DNA from: Candidatus Saccharimonadales bacterium | GTDB lineage: Bacteria > Patescibacteriota > Saccharimonadia > Saccharimonadales > Saccharimonadaceae | DNA: 35,404 nucleotides | Assembly: GCA_030151825.1 (NCBI GenBank) | Contig: JASLCP010000025.1 | Span: forward strand, 1 to 35,404 | Reading direction: 5' to 3' | Shown here: in pieces, positions 26,050 through 33,170 of the stretch | Layout: each line of letters starts with the position of its first letter | Numbering within the stretch: position 1 is the first letter of the stretch | The notes under the pieces: generated by a model | The model's input: only the letters and a program-made list of their open reading frames with translations | Databases searched by the model: none | What the model was told of the DNA's origin: nothing | Position numbers and translations under genes: made by a program

Positions 26050-26217
26050 ATGTACGGTGTAGGTGTTGGTACAGGTATCACTGGCGGCAGTTTCTTAGCT
26101 GTCGGCATGGTGAGCGGCTGGTATATCTTGGCGATTATCGCCGCGATCTGTCTGCTCGCCGGTGGCGGGATTCTCGTGTACAACGCGACCCATCGCCAGG
26201 CCCATCAGCGGCCGTGA
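26050..26217 (+). CDS. Small hydrophobic protein (55 aa), unannotated, possible accessory subunit of the GT2 synthase
   Basis: ATG 26050 lies 7-8 nt after AAAGGA and 30 nt after the GT2 stop. Translation: MYGVGVGTGITGGSFLAVGMVSGWYILAIIAAICLLAGGGILVYNATHRQAHQRP, ending at TGA 26215-26217. Gly-rich N-terminus, about 30 hydrophobic residues, basic tail. It shares the ATC/CTC-rich codon style of the flanking genes. It is below the 60-aa cutoff of the ORF track. Confidence 0.5.
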   Translation: MYGVGVGTGITGGSFLAVGMVSGWYILAIIAAICLLAGGGILVYNATHRQAHQRP

Positions 26218-26225
26218 CACCAGGG

Positions 26226-26267
26226 GCCGGAGAGTAGCGATGCATTTTTTGCAAGCCACTCTCCGGC
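26226..26267 (+). promoter_or_regulatory. GC-rich intercistronic stem-loop without a U-tract
   Basis: 10-bp perfect stem GCCGGAGAGT (26226-26235) / ACTCTCCGGC (26258-26267) with a 22-nt loop that has additional internal pairing. No T-run follows on either strand. Confidence 0.5.
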
Positions 26268-26279
26268 TCACCTGTTCCC

Positions 26280-26291
26280 GAGTAACTACTT
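26280..26291 (+). repeat. Right arm of the 12-bp inverted repeat (GAGTAACTACTT) upstream of the sortase-like gene
   Basis: Perfect reverse complement of 24906-24917. It lies 34 nt upstream of ATG 26326, just after the 26226-26267 hairpin. Confidence 0.6.
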
Positions 26292-26325
26292 AATCCAAGA
26301 CCCCTACTATTTGCAGAAGGTTGTT

Positions 26326-26964
26326 ATGCGCAAGAGAAAGATCACTCCGTGGATCGTAGTAGGTATCGTTCTATCGATACTGGCTGCGGTGTATTACTGG
26401 GGGCGGTCAACTCAACCCGCCCAACCAACGCGAGATCAAACCGCAGCAAGCCAGGCAATCGACACGCTCGATCACCTCCCGAAGAGCACTTCGGTTGCTG
26501 CGTCAGACATCGTTCGCCTGCAAGTACCGGCTGTGTCGATTGATGCAGGAAGTACGGGTGTTACATGGCCGCGACACACTCGTCGATGCCATGCTTCGAC
26601 AGTATGTATCGACCCACCAGAATCAACCAAAGTTGCGTGGTATGGTGCGTATGCGCTCCCCTCGTTTCCGAATCATGGTTCTGTGCTAGTGTACGGACAC
26701 TCCAACCCCAATAGTAATGTTCGGCAAGTTTTCAACGATTTGCCGGCAGTCCATCAGGGTGATACCGTCATCGTCACGACCAAGACCGGCGTCTTTTACT
26801 ATCGAACGTCTATCGTCACAGGTATTCCGTTCGAAGAAGTCGCAACGTCTACGCTGATTTATGGTACGGCCAAAAACCGTATCGCACTCATCAGCTGCGA
26901 TCTCCGCAACTCGACTGACGCTGTTGTTGTCATCGCCGATTTGGTCACGGCAACCCCGCGCTAA
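26326..26964 (+). CDS. Sortase-family transpeptidase-like protein (class F-like), membrane anchored
   Basis: The ORF starts at TTG 26311, but ATG 26326 (MRKRKITPW...) lies 5 nt after GAAGG. N-terminal TM anchor, then the ordered blocks of a sortase fold: LQVPAVSIDAG, VAWYG, VLVYGHS (His), QGDTVIVTTKTGVFYYR, IALISCDLR (Cys then Arg), VVVIADL. No LPXTG substrate gene is visible in the window. Confidence 0.55.
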   Translation: MRKRKITPWIVVGIVLSILAAVYYWGRSTQPAQPTRDQTAASQAIDTLDHLPKSTSVAASDIVRLQVPAVSIDAGSTGVTWPRHTRRCHASTVCIDPPESTKVAWYGAYALPSFPNHGSVLVYGHSNPNSNVRQVFNDLPAVHQGDTVIVTTKTGVFYYRTSIVTGIPFEEVATSTLIYGTAKNRIALISCDLRNSTDAVVVIADLVTATPR

Positions 26965-27001
26965 TTCGTAGCGCACACCGCGAACGGCGGCTCCGTTCAC
27001 C

Positions 27002-27037
27002 AGCCCATCTTGGCTTTATAGCAAGATGGGCTTTTTC
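27002..27037 (+). terminator. Rho-independent terminator closing the GT2-peptide-sortase cassette
   Basis: 11-bp perfect stem AGCCCATCTTG (27002-27012) / CAAGATGGGCT (27022-27032) with a 9-nt loop, followed by TTTTTC. Confidence 0.8.
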
Positions 27038-27038
27038 A

Positions 27039-27048
27039 ATAGCACATT
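27039..27048 (+). repeat. Right copy of the 10-bp direct repeat ATAGCACATT
   Basis: See the left copy. The two copies bracket 2.3 kb containing only the three compositionally atypical genes and their terminator. Confidence 0.45.
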
Positions 27049-27186
27049 CTAATTGCCTCCCAGCTTCTTCTCTGCTATACTTCATATACTATGATCTTTC
27101 ACTAGATCCTCTATTCGTACACATTCGGACGGGCCGAATCAATGGCGAACTAACACACTATCTATTTACACAAAAAGGAGTTTCTA

Positions 27187-28935
27187 TTGAATAATAGCAA
27201 AATAACGCTGCACCTGTACTGGCAGCAAATCCGCAAATACAAAATCAGCTTTTTTGTGATGCTGATTGCGATTCCGGCCGGTGCATTATTTATCGACACA
27301 CTGCTGCCCTACTTTTTTAGCCAAGCAATTGGCGGTTTGACCGGCAAGAATAGCGATATCGTCACCCAAAGTCTGATCGCAGCGGCTGCCGTCGGTCTGG
27401 TTGGTGCAGTCTGTAACGTCATCGGATTTCAAACAATGATTCGTCACGAGGCCAACGTACGCCGAGCGCTGAGCGATGAAACGTTTAAAACAATTATCAA
27501 CAAAGACTTGACGTTTTTCGTCAACCAAAAAGTTGGCGCACTGACCAGTCGCTATATCGACTTTATTCGTGCTGCGACGTCACTGCAGGATTTGCTGATT
27601 ATCCGTACTTTAGGTTTTGTGATTTCGGTCGGCGTTGGCCTAGTGATTGTCGCCAGTCATTCGCTAGTCGTCGCTGGGATTATCATAGTGCTAATCATAT
27701 TACTTGTCGTGCAAATCAAATGGAGTCTCAAAAAACGTGCGCCACTTCGCAAAGAGCGAAAAGATTTGATTGGTGAAATTCACGGTGCCGTAGCCGACGC
27801 GATTACCAATAATTTGATCGTCAAAACCTTTGCTCGCGAACACGACGAAACAGCCACCCTTTCCAAAAAGCAACGACGGTTTCGTGATGTCTATACGCGC
27901 GATTTTAGCCTGATGGCGATCGAAGGTTCGGCACGCGTGTTTATTATGACGACGGTGCAAATTATCGCGATTGCGTGTTGTGCATACTTGGCGATGCATG
28001 GCCAAATGGATGTGGCGATGGCGATTTTTATCTTGACGTATCTACAGCGTATTGCCTCGCAGCTCTTTACGCTAGGTGACATGTTGAACGGCTATGATCA
28101 ACTATTTCTTGACGCTGCGCCAATGAGCGAAATGCTGAATAGCGAGATTACTGTCATCGATAAACCGCACGCCCACACCCTCGACACTACATCGCCGGCA
28201 ATTATATTTGACGACGCATCATATCATTATAGCGATAGCGACAAAAATGTGATTTCGAACATCAATCTGACGATTCCGGCTAGCCAAAAAGTCGGTTTAG
28301 TTGGTCATTCGGGTGCCGGCAAAACGACCATTACTCACCTATTACTGCGTTTTGCTGACGTGACTGGCGGTGCGATTACCATCGATGGCCACGACATTCG
28401 CGACATCACCCAAGAAAGCTTGCGCCGTCACATTGCCTATGTGCCGCAAGAGCCTCTGCTATTTCACCGCAATCTACGCGACAATATTGCCTATGGCAAA
28501 CCCGACGCAACCGATGACGAAATCCGCAAGGCTGCTCGTCAAGCCAACGCACTTGATTTTATCGAACAACTACCGGAAGGGCTAGATACAAAAGTAGGTG
28601 AGCGCGGCGTCAAACTAAGCGGTGGACAACGTCAGCGTATTGCCATCGCTCGGGCAATCCTCAAAGATGCACCGATTTTGGTGCTAGACGAAGCGACCTC
28701 GGCACTTGATTCGGAAAGCGAAAAGCTCATCCAAGATTCGCTCGACAAACTCATGAAAAACCGCACCAGCATTGTTATCGCCCATCGCCTATCGACAATC
28801 GCCAAGCTTGACCGTATTATCGTTCTTGATAAAGGTTCAGTCATCGAAGACGGTAATCACAATACACTCCTCAAACAAAAGGGCATCTACGCCAAACTGT
28901 GGTCGCATCAGTCCGGTGGCTTTATCGAAGACTAA
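27187..28935 (+). CDS. ABC transporter, fused permease/ATP-binding exporter (MsbA/type-I exporter-like)
   Basis: 582 aa. TTG start 7 nt after AAGGAG. Six-TM N-terminal domain. Walker A GHSGAGKTT, signature LSGGQRQRIAIARA, Walker B ILVLDEATSALD. Codon usage is like the bulk of the window. Confidence 0.9.
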   Translation: MNNSKITLHLYWQQIRKYKISFFVMLIAIPAGALFIDTLLPYFFSQAIGGLTGKNSDIVTQSLIAAAAVGLVGAVCNVIGFQTMIRHEANVRRALSDETFKTIINKDLTFFVNQKVGALTSRYIDFIRAATSLQDLLIIRTLGFVISVGVGLVIVASHSLVVAGIIIVLIILLVVQIKWSLKKRAPLRKERKDLIGEIHGAVADAITNNLIVKTFAREHDETATLSKKQRRFRDVYTRDFSLMAIEGSARVFIMTTVQIIAIACCAYLAMHGQMDVAMAIFILTYLQRIASQLFTLGDMLNGYDQLFLDAAPMSEMLNSEITVIDKPHAHTLDTTSPAIIFDDASYHYSDSDKNVISNINLTIPASQKVGLVGHSGAGKTTITHLLLRFADVTGGAITIDGHDIRDITQESLRRHIAYVPQEPLLFHRNLRDNIAYGKPDATDDEIRKAARQANALDFIEQLPEGLDTKVGERGVKLSGGQRQRIAIARAILKDAPILVLDEATSALDSESEKLIQDSLDKLMKNRTSIVIAHRLSTIAKLDRIIVLDKGSVIEDGNHNTLLKQKGIYAKLWSHQSGGFIED

Positions 28936-28993
28936 TTGTTAAATTATTCTTGTAAAAACTCTTGCGTCGTGATATATGTTAGGCAGGCTTTAT

Positions 28994-29012
28994 TTTACGT
29001 AAGATACGTAAA
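28994..29012 (+). promoter_or_regulatory. Perfect palindrome TTTACGTA-AGA-TACGTAAA (operator candidate or weak terminator of the ABC gene)
   Basis: 8-bp arms with a 3-nt spacer, followed by GATTTTCT. It lies 59 nt after the ABC stop and 62 nt before ATG 29074. Confidence 0.35.
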
Positions 29013-29073
29013 GATTTTCTCCAGATAAATACCTAGAGAAAAGTGCATGCACCTACGAGAATGGAGTGGGGCT

Positions 29074-29436
29074 ATGAAGGCGAAGAACGAAGTTGCAATG
29101 ATCACTGTACGCACGGCACAGCGCATTGCGACCACCATGGATACCGTCGAGGCCCTAGGCGCTGCAGACATCTTCGATCTCATCGATATGCTGAGGGGCG
29201 ATGTTCCAGGTATGTCCGATCTCACCATCTGGCAAGCACTTGGTTACGGCGTTACCCATCGGATGTTCAGCATCATTTCGCACAACGACAATACTGACGA
29301 GGTCATGCTGACATGCATCGACCGCACTGTCGAAGTTGTTGTTGTCGAAGAGCGTATGCTGCGCGACAGCGATGACATGTTCCGTCATCTGATGCGTGGG
29401 TCAAACCACGTACGCGACTACATTGCCGCACTCTAA
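29074..29436 (+). CDS. Hypothetical acidic 120-aa protein
   Basis: ORF 29047..29436. ATG 29074 (MKAKNEVAMITV...) is preceded by GGAGTGGGG. No recognisable motif. Its codon style (TTC, CTC, ATC, GAC) resembles the GT2 cassette rather than the flanking ABC and helicase genes. An intrinsic terminator follows. Confidence 0.5.
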   Translation: MKAKNEVAMITVRTAQRIATTMDTVEALGAADIFDLIDMLRGDVPGMSDLTIWQALGYGVTHRMFSIISHNDNTDEVMLTCIDRTVEVVVVEERMLRDSDDMFRHLMRGSNHVRDYIAAL

Positions 29437-29448
29437 CCCGTCCGACTC

Positions 29449-29494
29449 GCCGGAGCTAGTACAGATAGTTTTATCTGGAACGCTCCGGCTTTTT
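29449..29494 (+). terminator. Rho-independent terminator after the orphan 120-aa gene
   Basis: Outer stem GCCGGAGC (29449-29456) / GCTCCGGC (29482-29489), inner stem CAGATA/TATCTG, then TTTTT (29490-29494). There is no T-run on the minus strand, so it does not serve the convergent helicase gene. Confidence 0.7.
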
Positions 29495-29506
29495 ACTTGC
29501 CAGAGG

Positions 29507-32185
29507 CTATTTTGTTACTCGACGCGAACGACGTGTCGTACGATTACCGCGATTTGAACAAGCAACAGCCTCGTGTAGCGGCTTACGATGTGTCTGGCCT
29601 TTATCCATCCAGACATGTACCGAACGGTCACCTAATTGATCAGTGATACCATAGTCACTCAGTTCTTTAATACGATGTACCGGCACATCAATAAAGGCTT
29701 CGTTATTGCGATATCGCACACCGACTTCAACTAGTTCGTCACCCATCGATACGACAATCGAATCCGGCGACTGGTCCATAATTTTCTGCGTGTCAGCACT
29801 CTCAAGTCCGTACGATAATTTCAGCCCTTCATACATGCCGCGACGATACATCACTTCGGCAAGACTATGCATATCCATTACTTTTACGTCTTTCATGGTC
29901 GATACACTTTGCCTGAGTGTTTCGACAAATACGTCAAACTCATCAGCACGACTAGAGCGGTCAACTAAGAGTTCCTTGATGCGCTGCAACTCAGAAAAAA
30001 TAGCGTGGACCTTGTCCGACGATTCAGGTGGCAACGCCTCAGCGCCAAGCATAGCTTCAAGCACTACTTTCGTTGTCTCAACACTCGGCTCCGCCTGTAC
30101 TACTGTACCTGTTGCATGGCCATCAAAATACAGATCGCGTCCAGCAATCATTGTATTGCCGTACCCGCACAAATTGCTAACACGACCTTCGCCGTAGGTG
30201 CAGCGCCACGGTGCGTGTTCTACCAACTGTTCGGGTGTGACAATCGTCGCGTTTGTTATCACCGAGTGTGTCTTTTTGACGCCGTTACGATAATGCTCGA
30301 TACCCAGTCCCGAGCCAATAACTAGCTGGGCGCTATGCGAGATACTTGACGACTTTGCTAAACGACCGCTAAATGACGCGCCGTCTGTATATGCCGGCCC
30401 ATAATTCACAAACAATTTATCAGCACCGGCAATCATACAGGCAATCAATTTTTGACGCTCATTCTCAGTCGGGATGCGAATATCACCAATAGAATAATCT
30501 CGATCATGCGTGAGTCGCTCAAATAGACGTTTGGCTTTTACAAGACGGCGGTCGATAATATCGAATTGCTTTAAATCGACTGGCGTCATTGACAACGCCT
30601 GCACCAAGACATCAAGTTGCACTAACATATCAGAACGATTTTCTTTGGAGAGTGTTCGCCACCGCTCACAGCCTTGTTCGTTACGCGTAATACCTTCTTG
30701 CTGCGTGGCAGCAACCAGTGCAGCCATTTGCATCTCGACCGCACGGCCGTGTTTTTGCGATTCGATAAACATGCGAGCGTAGGTCGGGTCAAGTGGCAAA
30801 CGCGCCATCTCCTCGCCAATGCGTGTAGCTTCAAATGAGTTTAATACTTGTGCACCCAGCCGCACTAACTTGTGATGAGCATACTCTAGCTCGTTGGCGC
30901 GCGGCATATCCTGCAGATCAAGTTGATCCAACCTCAGTCCCGTCCGACCTAGGCGCAATACAAACGGCGCCAAATCAGTCCGCAAAATCGGTGGTTTGTC
31001 ATGACTATCCAGCAGTGGCTCGCCTGCCTCATTACGGGGAACGGGCGGATAATTTTCGAGGAGCGCTTGCGCATATATCCCCGGTTTCGTGCGCCCAACA
31101 CGGCCACTTCCCTGAATGACATTCGCCTTTGAAACCGGATGGACACGCAGGTAACGAATACCCTGCACATAATCACCCGATCGGGCATACATCGGATCAA
31201 CAACAACATCAAGATCAGGAACGGTGATACTTTGACGTAGTACATCGGTTGCTACAATGATTTTGCCGCCCGGATACGATTCCATCGCCCTGCGTTGCTC
31301 TTCGATTGATTGTTCGGCGTGTAATGGCAAAATCGTATAGTCTTTTGGCACGCGGTTGGTAATGCGACCAATCGTATCGCCGATTTCTCGCTTACCCGGT
31401 ACAATAGCTGCAATATTCATTGGTTCTTTTGAATCGAGGTTGGCATACGAGATAATCTGCTCTTCGGTAAGCCCACCAACTTTTCGTTCGACAGGATGCA
31501 TCACACCCGGCAAATCGAGTACTGGTACTGACCGGCCATCGAGTGCCTGCGAACAATACTGTGCCCATTTATCCGTATCCATCGAAGCGCTCTGAATCAC
31601 CAAGCGCAGTCCCTTTTTGAGCGCAACGCCGATCGCAATATCAATATTTGGATTACGTTCGTGGGCCTCATCAATAATCAGCACATCGTCACGTGTGATG
31701 ACCTCATCCTGGGCCAGCAATTGCTGCAATAAATATCCGTCCGTATGCTCACGAATAACATGAGTGCCACGAACAGCATCGCCCTCAACTGCCGTACGAT
31801 AAGCAATCACGTCGCTCATATCGCGGCCAGCCGCCTCGCTCATTTGCTGCAACGTAAAACGCTCGTTTTCACGAGTCGCAGCCACGCGCGGCTGCGTTTG
31901 AATAATGTGGCGATAGCGGCCGGTCTCGTACAGATATTGCACAACTGAAATACTCTTGCCATTGCCTGTACCTGAGGCAAGCACGGTGACCGGGTTGGTG
32001 TTAACGGTGTCGACAATTAAATCGCGGTACTTGGCGATCGGGTAGTCAGGGTTTCCAAAGACATAGTCATCCGTCTGCGGAGGTAAGGTGATTGTTTCAC
32101 CTGTTTTCGGGTCGACCCATTGTTGATCAGGCCATGTTTTTGGGGCACGGTCGTTCTGCTCTTGGTATGCAAGCACCTCTGTCAT
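29507..32185 (-). CDS. DEAH/RHA-box ATP-dependent helicase (HrpA/HrpB-like) with an uncharacterised C-terminal region
   Basis: 892 aa. Motif I SGTGNGKS, II IIDEAHERN, III QSAS, V TDVLRQSITVPD, VI QGSGRVGRTKPG. HA2/ratchet-like PPILRTDLAPFVLRL and LPLDPTYARMFIES. I could not assign the last roughly 300 aa. Confidence 0.85.
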   Translation of the reverse strand: MTEVLAYQEQNDRAPKTWPDQQWVDPKTGETITLPPQTDDYVFGNPDYPIAKYRDLIVDTVNTNPVTVLASGTGNGKSISVVQYLYETGRYRHIIQTQPRVAATRENERFTLQQMSEAAGRDMSDVIAYRTAVEGDAVRGTHVIREHTDGYLLQQLLAQDEVITRDDVLIIDEAHERNPNIDIAIGVALKKGLRLVIQSASMDTDKWAQYCSQALDGRSVPVLDLPGVMHPVERKVGGLTEEQIISYANLDSKEPMNIAAIVPGKREIGDTIGRITNRVPKDYTILPLHAEQSIEEQRRAMESYPGGKIIVATDVLRQSITVPDLDVVVDPMYARSGDYVQGIRYLRVHPVSKANVIQGSGRVGRTKPGIYAQALLENYPPVPRNEAGEPLLDSHDKPPILRTDLAPFVLRLGRTGLRLDQLDLQDMPRANELEYAHHKLVRLGAQVLNSFEATRIGEEMARLPLDPTYARMFIESQKHGRAVEMQMAALVAATQQEGITRNEQGCERWRTLSKENRSDMLVQLDVLVQALSMTPVDLKQFDIIDRRLVKAKRLFERLTHDRDYSIGDIRIPTENERQKLIACMIAGADKLFVNYGPAYTDGASFSGRLAKSSSISHSAQLVIGSGLGIEHYRNGVKKTHSVITNATIVTPEQLVEHAPWRCTYGEGRVSNLCGYGNTMIAGRDLYFDGHATGTVVQAEPSVETTKVVLEAMLGAEALPPESSDKVHAIFSELQRIKELLVDRSSRADEFDVFVETLRQSVSTMKDVKVMDMHSLAEVMYRRGMYEGLKLSYGLESADTQKIMDQSPDSIVVSMGDELVEVGVRYRNNEAFIDVPVHRIKELSDYGITDQLGDRSVHVWMDKGQTHRKPLHEAVACSNRGNRTTRRSRRVTK

Positions 32186-32260
32186 AATACGCTCTGACCT
32201 TTCGTCACACCTCTCACCTCACATCTACAGTGATTATGGCCGCATTATACTCTATTTTGC

Positions 32261-32302
32261 AAAAAAAGTAAAGAGCCGATGCTTATACAACATCGGCTCT
32301 TT
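32261..32302 (-). terminator. Rho-independent terminator of rplY
   Basis: 12-bp perfect stem (plus-strand AAAGAGCCGATG 32270-32281 / CATCGGCTCTTT 32291-32302) with a 9-nt loop. On the minus strand it is followed by ACTTTTTTT. Confidence 0.85.
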
Positions 32303-32319
32303 GACGATGAACGCGTAAA

Positions 32320-33051
32320 CTATTTATTGGCGTCGACGTTCAGCTGCTTTGGCTCATCTTGTAACTTGCCGCCGGGGCGAGATTCTTCAGCTTGAGTATC
32401 CTGCGGTGTGTCCCCGCCATTGTCGGCGGCAACCTCGGATTCGTCTTCGCTATCACCGCCCGCCGCTTCGTTGGCCGCCTGCAAAGCACTTGGCTCGTAG
32501 ACATTGGCAATCACCATATCAGTGTCGATTTCGGCATCGGCAAACTCAACACCAGCAGGCAATACAATGTCTGACAGAATTAATTTGTCACCTTCGTTTT
32601 CGAGCTGCTTAACCGATAGCTCAATCACTTCGGGTAGATCAGCCGGCTTTGCCTTTACCTCAACATGCTCGAGCGCCTGCAATACTACCAACCCTGTCTT
32701 TTCGGCGGCACTTTCGCCAACACCGGTTAACACAATCGGCACTTCGGTTGTAATAACTTCATTTTGTTTGATTGCGTGAAACGCCACGTGCCGCAGTGAG
32801 CGCTTGACCGGATCACGATCAATCGTCTTGATAATCGCCAACGTCTGTTTGCCATCGATCGAAAGAGTAACGGGCGTATGTTTGCCGGCCGCATGCACAA
32901 CTTTACTTAGCTCGCCGACTGGCGATTGTGTGACTTTCGTGCCAATTGATGCTCCATAGACAACACTTGGTATAATCCCGCCCTGACGGAGACGGATTAC
33001 CTTTTTCCCTTCGACTGCGCGAGCAGCAAGTTGCAGTGTGATTTTTGCCAT
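32320..33051 (-). CDS. rplY: 50S ribosomal protein L25 / general stress protein Ctc (long form with acidic tail)
   Basis: 243 aa. MAKITLQLAARAVEGKKVIRLRQGGIIPSVVYG is the canonical L25/Ctc N-terminus. RBS GAAGGGAG lies 5 nt upstream. Confidence 0.9.
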   Translation of the reverse strand: MAKITLQLAARAVEGKKVIRLRQGGIIPSVVYGASIGTKVTQSPVGELSKVVHAAGKHTPVTLSIDGKQTLAIIKTIDRDPVKRSLRHVAFHAIKQNEVITTEVPIVLTGVGESAAEKTGLVVLQALEHVEVKAKPADLPEVIELSVKQLENEGDKLILSDIVLPAGVEFADAEIDTDMVIANVYEPSALQAANEAAGGDSEDESEVAADNGGDTPQDTQAEESRPGGKLQDEPKQLNVDANK

Positions 33052-33089
33052 AATGACTCCCTTCTTCTGACTCTCTAGTACGTACTCCT

Positions 33090-33098
33090 ATTATACCA
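33090..33098 (-). promoter_or_regulatory. Extended -10 box (TGGTATAAT) upstream of rplY
   Basis: The minus strand reads TGGTATAAT. A leader of about 30 nt carrying GAAGGGAG follows, before ATG 33051. Confidence 0.5.
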
Positions 33099-33152
33099 TT
33101 ACCGGGACTCTTGCACGGCCCGATTAGGTTTCACCTATTTCCAAGCTTGACG

Positions 33153-33161
33153 TGGTATAAT
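33153..33161 (+). promoter_or_regulatory. Extended -10 box (TGGTATAAT) upstream of dedA-like gene
   Basis: TGGTATAAT ends 9 nt before ATG 33171. The adjacent TTGACG is only 3 nt away and cannot act as a -35. Confidence 0.5.
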
Positions 33162-33170
33162 GGGGGTATC

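Noticed and set aside
25860-26237. 125-aa plus-strand ORF overlapping the GT2 3' end and the small ORF region
   Set aside because: Its first half is an alternative frame of the GT2 TM region. The 55-codon ORF in the other frame has an RBS and a coherent membrane-protein sequence.
28995-29297. ORFs 28995..29228 (-) and 29043..29297 (+) overlapping the orphan 120-aa gene
   Set aside because: They lack an RBS and have His/Arg/Cys-rich shadow composition. The 29074 frame has GGAG upstream and runs to the terminator.
29020-29479. 10-bp inverted repeat TCCAGATAAA (29020-29029) / TTTATCTGGA (29470-29479) flanking the orphan 120-aa gene (MITE or cassette ends?)
   Set aside because: The right copy is simply the inner stem of the terminator hairpin. 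The chance expectation is not negligible, and there are no target-site duplications or further terminal similarity.
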